A DNA stretch of 56,713 bases from Seison nebaliae. Lineage: Eukaryota. Shown piece by piece: positions 52,174 to 56,713 of this stretch. A program made the position numbers and the translations under genes. The first letter of the stretch is position 1, and the number at the start of each line of letters is the position of its first letter. The notes under the pieces were generated by a model. It was given only the letters and a program-made list of their open reading frames with translations. It did not search any database and had not been told where the DNA came from. The stretch is from positions 1 to 56,713 of the forward strand of contig JALJEE010002595.1 in assembly GCA_023231475.1 (NCBI GenBank), given 5' to 3'.

Positions 52174-53222
52174 TTATTTGTTCGATATTGTACGACTAAC
52201 CCATTCATTAAAGAATGATAATTTAGCGAACCCTCCGAAGCCGTTACACCGATTGTCATTCGTCAAGGCTGAAGTAACTATTATACCATAAAGATAGAAC
52301 TTATCATTTTGCTTAATGTATACAGGACCACCACTGTCTCCAAAACAAACACCACCTGATGGACTTCCTGCACAAGATAATCTATTTGTAAATTCTTCAC
52401 CAATAGAGCAACATGTTTCATGTTGAATTTTGGTTTCAACTTTTCTTAATTGGTCCGATAATTTGCCATCTATAACGTAAAAGAAAGTAAATAGTCGAAC
52501 TAACAATTGCAAGAGTAATTCGAATTCTAACTTTCTGTTTGACCATATCCTGCAAGAGAAACCTTTTCTCCTAAATTCTTTTCCTTCGGATTAATAGTTA
52601 TACTAGCGGTTTCTTTATCTAATTCTATTATACTGATGAGTTTCAACGCTGCTAAGTCATAAGACCTGTCACTTGGTGTATACAGATGATGCTATTGTAT
52701 CCAGAGGAGAAACAAATTAGAAAAGTTGTTAAACCACATGATGAAGAAGGAAACGATTTTAATAGTTGAAATTTTGAAAGATTTGTCACCTATTAACACC
52801 GTTATATCTTGACTAAATGAAACGTCATATTAAATTTAACTGAACACTAACGAATTATGGACACAATGTGCGGCAGTTAATATCCATTGCTTGTTCAGAA
52901 TACTTCCGCTGCAAACCAATGCTTTCCGTTTGTTATCAACGTTGATTACTGCTTTTAGTTTTACAACGAACGGAAGAGATCCAGCAATATCTCCTTTGAA
53001 AATCTTCCCAATCGTTAGAGCATCACCTTTTATTCAGAAATTTCACCATCAATATCTTCCTAGTTTAAACAAACCAACATTTGGGTGTTTCTAAACAGAA
53101 TTGAAAACAAACTAAAATTTGTCAAGTTAAAAGTTTAAACCTGTTGTAGAATCTTCTGCCTCTAAAAAATGGAAAATAAAAAGAAAAATTAGAAAAGATT
53201 GGAATAAAAACAGTTCTCGCAT
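52174..53222 (-). CDS. Secreted S1 (chymotrypsin-fold) serine protease, 5 exons
   Basis: Signal peptide; CSGSILNKQWILTAAHC, YDLAALKL and GDSGGP give an intact catalytic triad. Introns 53091-53140, 52813-52851, 52692-52754, 52470-52531. Confidence 0.9.
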
Positions 53223-53260
53223 TTTTGATAAGAATACTATAACAATTTAAACAATATGAT

Positions 53261-53572
53261 TACCGTCAACTGGGGCAATGTGGGAATCTTGGTTGAGAAT
53301 GCACATTAATTTTTATTATCAATAATATTTTTTCCACGATCATCTAGCCAATATATTTCTGAACCTTATTGTCGATTTTCATAATTATGAGTCCTATATT
53401 AATCGAGATAATCATAAATTAATCACTGGGGCAATATGGGAAATTTCATTTTCATGATGCAAATTACCTTTAAAAATTGTTAGATTTAACATATAAAAAA
53501 TCACCATCATCAGCTTGAGATTTTTTGTTTCCCATTTTGCCCCCGTTTCCCACATTGCCCCAGTTGACGGTA
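53261..53572. mobile_element. MITE / non-autonomous Tc1-mariner-pogo-type element with perfect TIRs and TA flanks
   Basis: TA-CCGTCAACTGGGGCAATGTGGGAA (53261-53286) and its exact reverse complement (53547-53572). Internal copies of the GGGGCAA..TGGGAA motif occur at ~53425 and, inverted, at ~53529. Confidence 0.85.
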
Positions 53573-53962
53573 TTGAACTTATTTTCTGCTTACAATACCT
53601 ACGTTAATCTTATTCTGATAAACAGAATAAACGACCTGACTGACTTGAAATTAAATTTTGATTTTAACTTGTTAAAATTGGTACCGTTATGCCTACTGCT
53701 ATTATAGCTAGTATAAAAAATATTATGAATATTTTCGCAAGAGTAGGTACTCGTTTCGGTGGATTTTCAAAATCTTGAATATCATAATTTATTGTGAACA
53801 TAATGAAATCAATTCATTAGAATTTATGTTCATCTACAAAGATACCTTTTATATTTGAAAGAAGTTGAGAATAAATTTTACACATACTCGAGATATATCA
53901 TGGTACTTTATATTAAAATATAATTATCTATCACTATAGTGGATATATCCATGACTTCATGT
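53460..53962 (+). repeat. About 500-bp direct repeat, copy 1
   Basis: Near-identical to 56071-56572, from caaattacctttaaaaattgttag to ggatatatccatgacttcatgt. Confidence 0.95.
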
Positions 53963-54483
53963 GGATGATTTAAATCATTACATTATAATAATTGATTATT
54001 TAGGCATTTACTACTACTCCATAGATCCATGACTTCAATTACCCATATACAAGAATGTTCGACGAAACACCTTGCAACTCTTACTTGTTATTTCAAACGT
54101 TTAATGTTTCCCCAATATTGATTCACGAAAACAAATATTTATTGTCATGAATATCTTATAAGATTTTCATTATGTCGAAATTATAATTGATAACGTTTCT
54201 CTCAATTTGCGAATTAATTGTCAACCTTAAAATTTCATGAATTCTTGATGTAGTCTAATTAAGTTATTGATTTGTGCTTTTCATATTGAATAGATTGGAG
54301 GACAGATCGTAACTCTATATTAAAATATTGTAGAAGACAATTCTCAACCCTAAAATAGGACATTTTTCAACCAAGTTTTTTATTCGTTCGAACAGTTCTC
54401 AACCTTTTGTTCATTTTTCGGACCTTTTACCTTTTCGACCCATCTATCTGACCTTTTCGTACGAAATTGGAGAAGAAGATAAA

Positions 54484-55540
54484 ATGGTTTATGAAGATAT
54501 AGGCGAATATGCGAGTGGAATGTTAGTGGCACAAACGAATATCATTTTAACATATCCAATTAATAAGATCGTCTGTTGTCAACGAATGAATAATTTGACC
54601 ATGGATACCGCTTATGGTATTGGTCAGATACCATGGCATTCCCGTGACGTCCTCCATGTCATTTATCACCCTTCCACCCAATTTACATTATGTATCGGGT
54701 GTAGGTATTTGGTCTGCGATTTCCGTCACTGTCTTCCTACATTTATCATTTGTGATTTCGTAGAATGTACTTTTCATAGTGTCGAGGATAATTTCGTCAG
54801 GGTTTTGATTTTACAACGGTAGTATCGATACTTAAAAAAGCAATGTTGGTGATTTCATATTCCATTAAGCTTACATGGAGCGGTGCAGCTGGTGCCGTAA
54901 TTAAAAGCGACAAGGTTCCGCGAGATTTGTTAACCCTTACAATGTGCGGAGCTACCATTTGATGGGAGATTGTTAGATCTTTGCAGGTCAAAATGTGATT
55001 CAATTTCCATTGGTCGCAAACTTCTCCGACCTGATGAGGGTGCAATAGTCGCGCTAAAACGCGCAATGTCATTGTGAGTTGAAGGAGGGCTTGTATTATC
55101 TCCGTTTCATTCGTTCGTTCGAACGCTAACTCATTTTCCTTCACTTGATCGAATCTGGTGTTTTTTTTAAATTTTATTATTCCATTGTATCTTTCACATT
55201 CAGGTTCAAGCGATTTAATTCGTTAGGGAGGGTATCCAGCTTGTCATCCCAGAATAAACCAGTAAATGAATAGTAGACTCTACAATGTAGAGTCTCATTG
55301 CGGCTCCTGCGATGGCAGCTATTGCGTTACGTTCGATAATTTCTTACAAGATCATCCATAGATAATTTTGTCACCGTCGAAAACTTCACTGCAGTCAGTC
55401 ATTATATAATGAAAGCAAGTAAAAACAACGGCAGTCATGACCAAATATACATATTTGGAAGTGCTCAATCGATTTTTAGAGCAGTTGTCAATTCGTTTAT
55501 GATAACAGTCGGTTATTATATCGGAACTGATTATTATACA
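54484..55540 (+). pseudogene. Disrupted SLC25A51/MCART1-like mitochondrial carrier pseudogene with an internal insertion
   Basis: EYASGMLVAQTNIILTYPINKIVCCQ resembles the first carrier helix of SLC25A51. After an unrelated ~600-bp stretch, broken fragments VREGIQL and FLQDHP* appear. Similarity is judged from memory; the 3' end is approximate. Confidence 0.5.
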
Positions 55541-56070
55541 AATCAATTGGAAGAAGCGACGAAACAGTTCGCCATTAATCATTCGCGAACGAAAAAAAAA
55601 TTATTTATCATATTTCACACGTCAATCCATGTCCCTTTCTAATAACGGTAATTGTGGAAGTTATAGGGAGGGGAACGATAGACCTCTACAAAATGAAGGA
55701 ATACGAACAGGTAATGATCTTACACAACACATATATGCTCTATCAACGACTGTCATTGATTTTCAACAGCAAGTTTCCAAGAGTATACGTTTTAATCTGA
55801 TTGATAATTATCTGACGTTTATAAACAGGACTGATAATTATGAAAATCGACAATGAGGTGCAAAAATATATTGGCTAAATGGTCATGGAAAAAATATTAT
55901 TGATAATAAAAATTAATGTGCATTCACAACCAAGATTTTTTTCCAAAAAAAATGAGCTTTTCTATTACTAATTTTGTGTGATGCAAAAAAAGCCTATTAT
56001 TTTTTTTTAAGATGAGAAAACTACTTTTAATTATTTCTACACATACTTCAAATCCTTCCAAATAATAATC

Positions 56071-56572
56071 CAAATTACCTTTAAAAATTGTTAGATTTAA
56101 CATATAAAAAATCACCATTATCAGCTTGAGATTTTTTGTTTCCCATTTTCCCCCGTTTCCCACATTGCCCCAGTTGACGGTATTCAACTGATTTTCTGCT
56201 TACAATACGTACGTTAGTCTTATTCTGGTAAACAGAATAAACAACCTGACTGACTTGAAATTAAATTTTTATTTTAACTTGTTAAAATAGGTACCGTTAT
56301 GCCTACTGCTATTATAGTTAGTATAAAAAACACTATGAATATTTTCGCAAGAGTAGGTACTCGTTTCGGTGGATTTTCAAAATTTTGGATATCATTATTT
56401 ATTGTGAACATAATGAAATCAATTGATTAGAATTTATGTTCACCTACAAAGATACCTTTTATATTTGAAAGAAGTTGAGAATAAATTTTACACATACTCG
56501 AGATATATCATGTTACTTTATATTAAAATATAATTATCTATTACTATAGTGGATATATCCATGACTTCATGT
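56071..56572 (+). repeat. About 500-bp direct repeat, copy 2 (contains a solo right TIR at 56157-56182)
   Basis: Matches 53460-53962 with scattered substitutions and one small indel. Confidence 0.95.
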
Positions 56573-56713
56573 ATATGTAAGAGGTCAAAATACCTTAAGG
56601 ACAAAACCGGAGAAAACGGACAAATCGTATGAATTTCCAGAATAGTGATAAAACGATTGATCACATGATAATGAAGCTGTATCGATATTACTGTTTATAA
56701 TCCATAATCTTAT

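Noticed and set aside
804..53140. U12-type (minor) introns as the explanation for odd donors
   Set aside because: No RTATCCTT donors or TCCTTAAC branch sites were seen; the donors are GTT followed by variable sequence.
531..53222. Stop-codon reassignment, frameshifting or pseudogenisation to explain fragmented ORFs
   Set aside because: Each break in the conserved genes is resolved by a short GT-AG intron, and long exons translate cleanly with the standard code.
54340..54460. Short degenerate repeats (TTCTCAACC / CCTTTTCG) upstream of the pseudogene
   Set aside because: Possibly a TE end, but too short and degenerate to define a unit, TIR or TSD from this window.

Overview
This is AT-rich, gene-dense eukaryotic (invertebrate animal) nuclear DNA, not prokaryotic. 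Manual splicing recovers about 19 protein-coding genes: MOXD1/DBH-like monooxygenase, group II PAK kinase, GTF3C2-like WD40 protein, LRR protein, tetraspanin, QRSL1/GatA, FASTK/RAP-like protein, RFT1, VDAC, RhoGAP, claudin-like protein, cytosolic MetRS, PYROXD1, a small hidden Ig-like/MSP-like gene, a TM-RING protein, an orphan membrane protein, an SLC26/prestin-like transporter and an S1 protease. There are also hAT and Tc1 relics, a TA-flanked MITE, a minisatellite, a 0.5-kb duplication and an SLC25A51-like pseudogene. The main signal is the splicing system. By my hand count, 46 of 48 introns placed by reading frame and protein family begin GTT rather than the usual GTR(AGT). They have little complementarity to canonical U1, nearly all are 38-65 nt long, and several use AAG/GAG acceptors. 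A second signal is head-to-tail gene runs with 77-241 nt spacers and splice acceptors just upstream of ATGs (at least one with no possible donor in the spacer), suggesting SL trans-splicing or operons. All counts are manual, and family calls come from motif recognition, not database searches.
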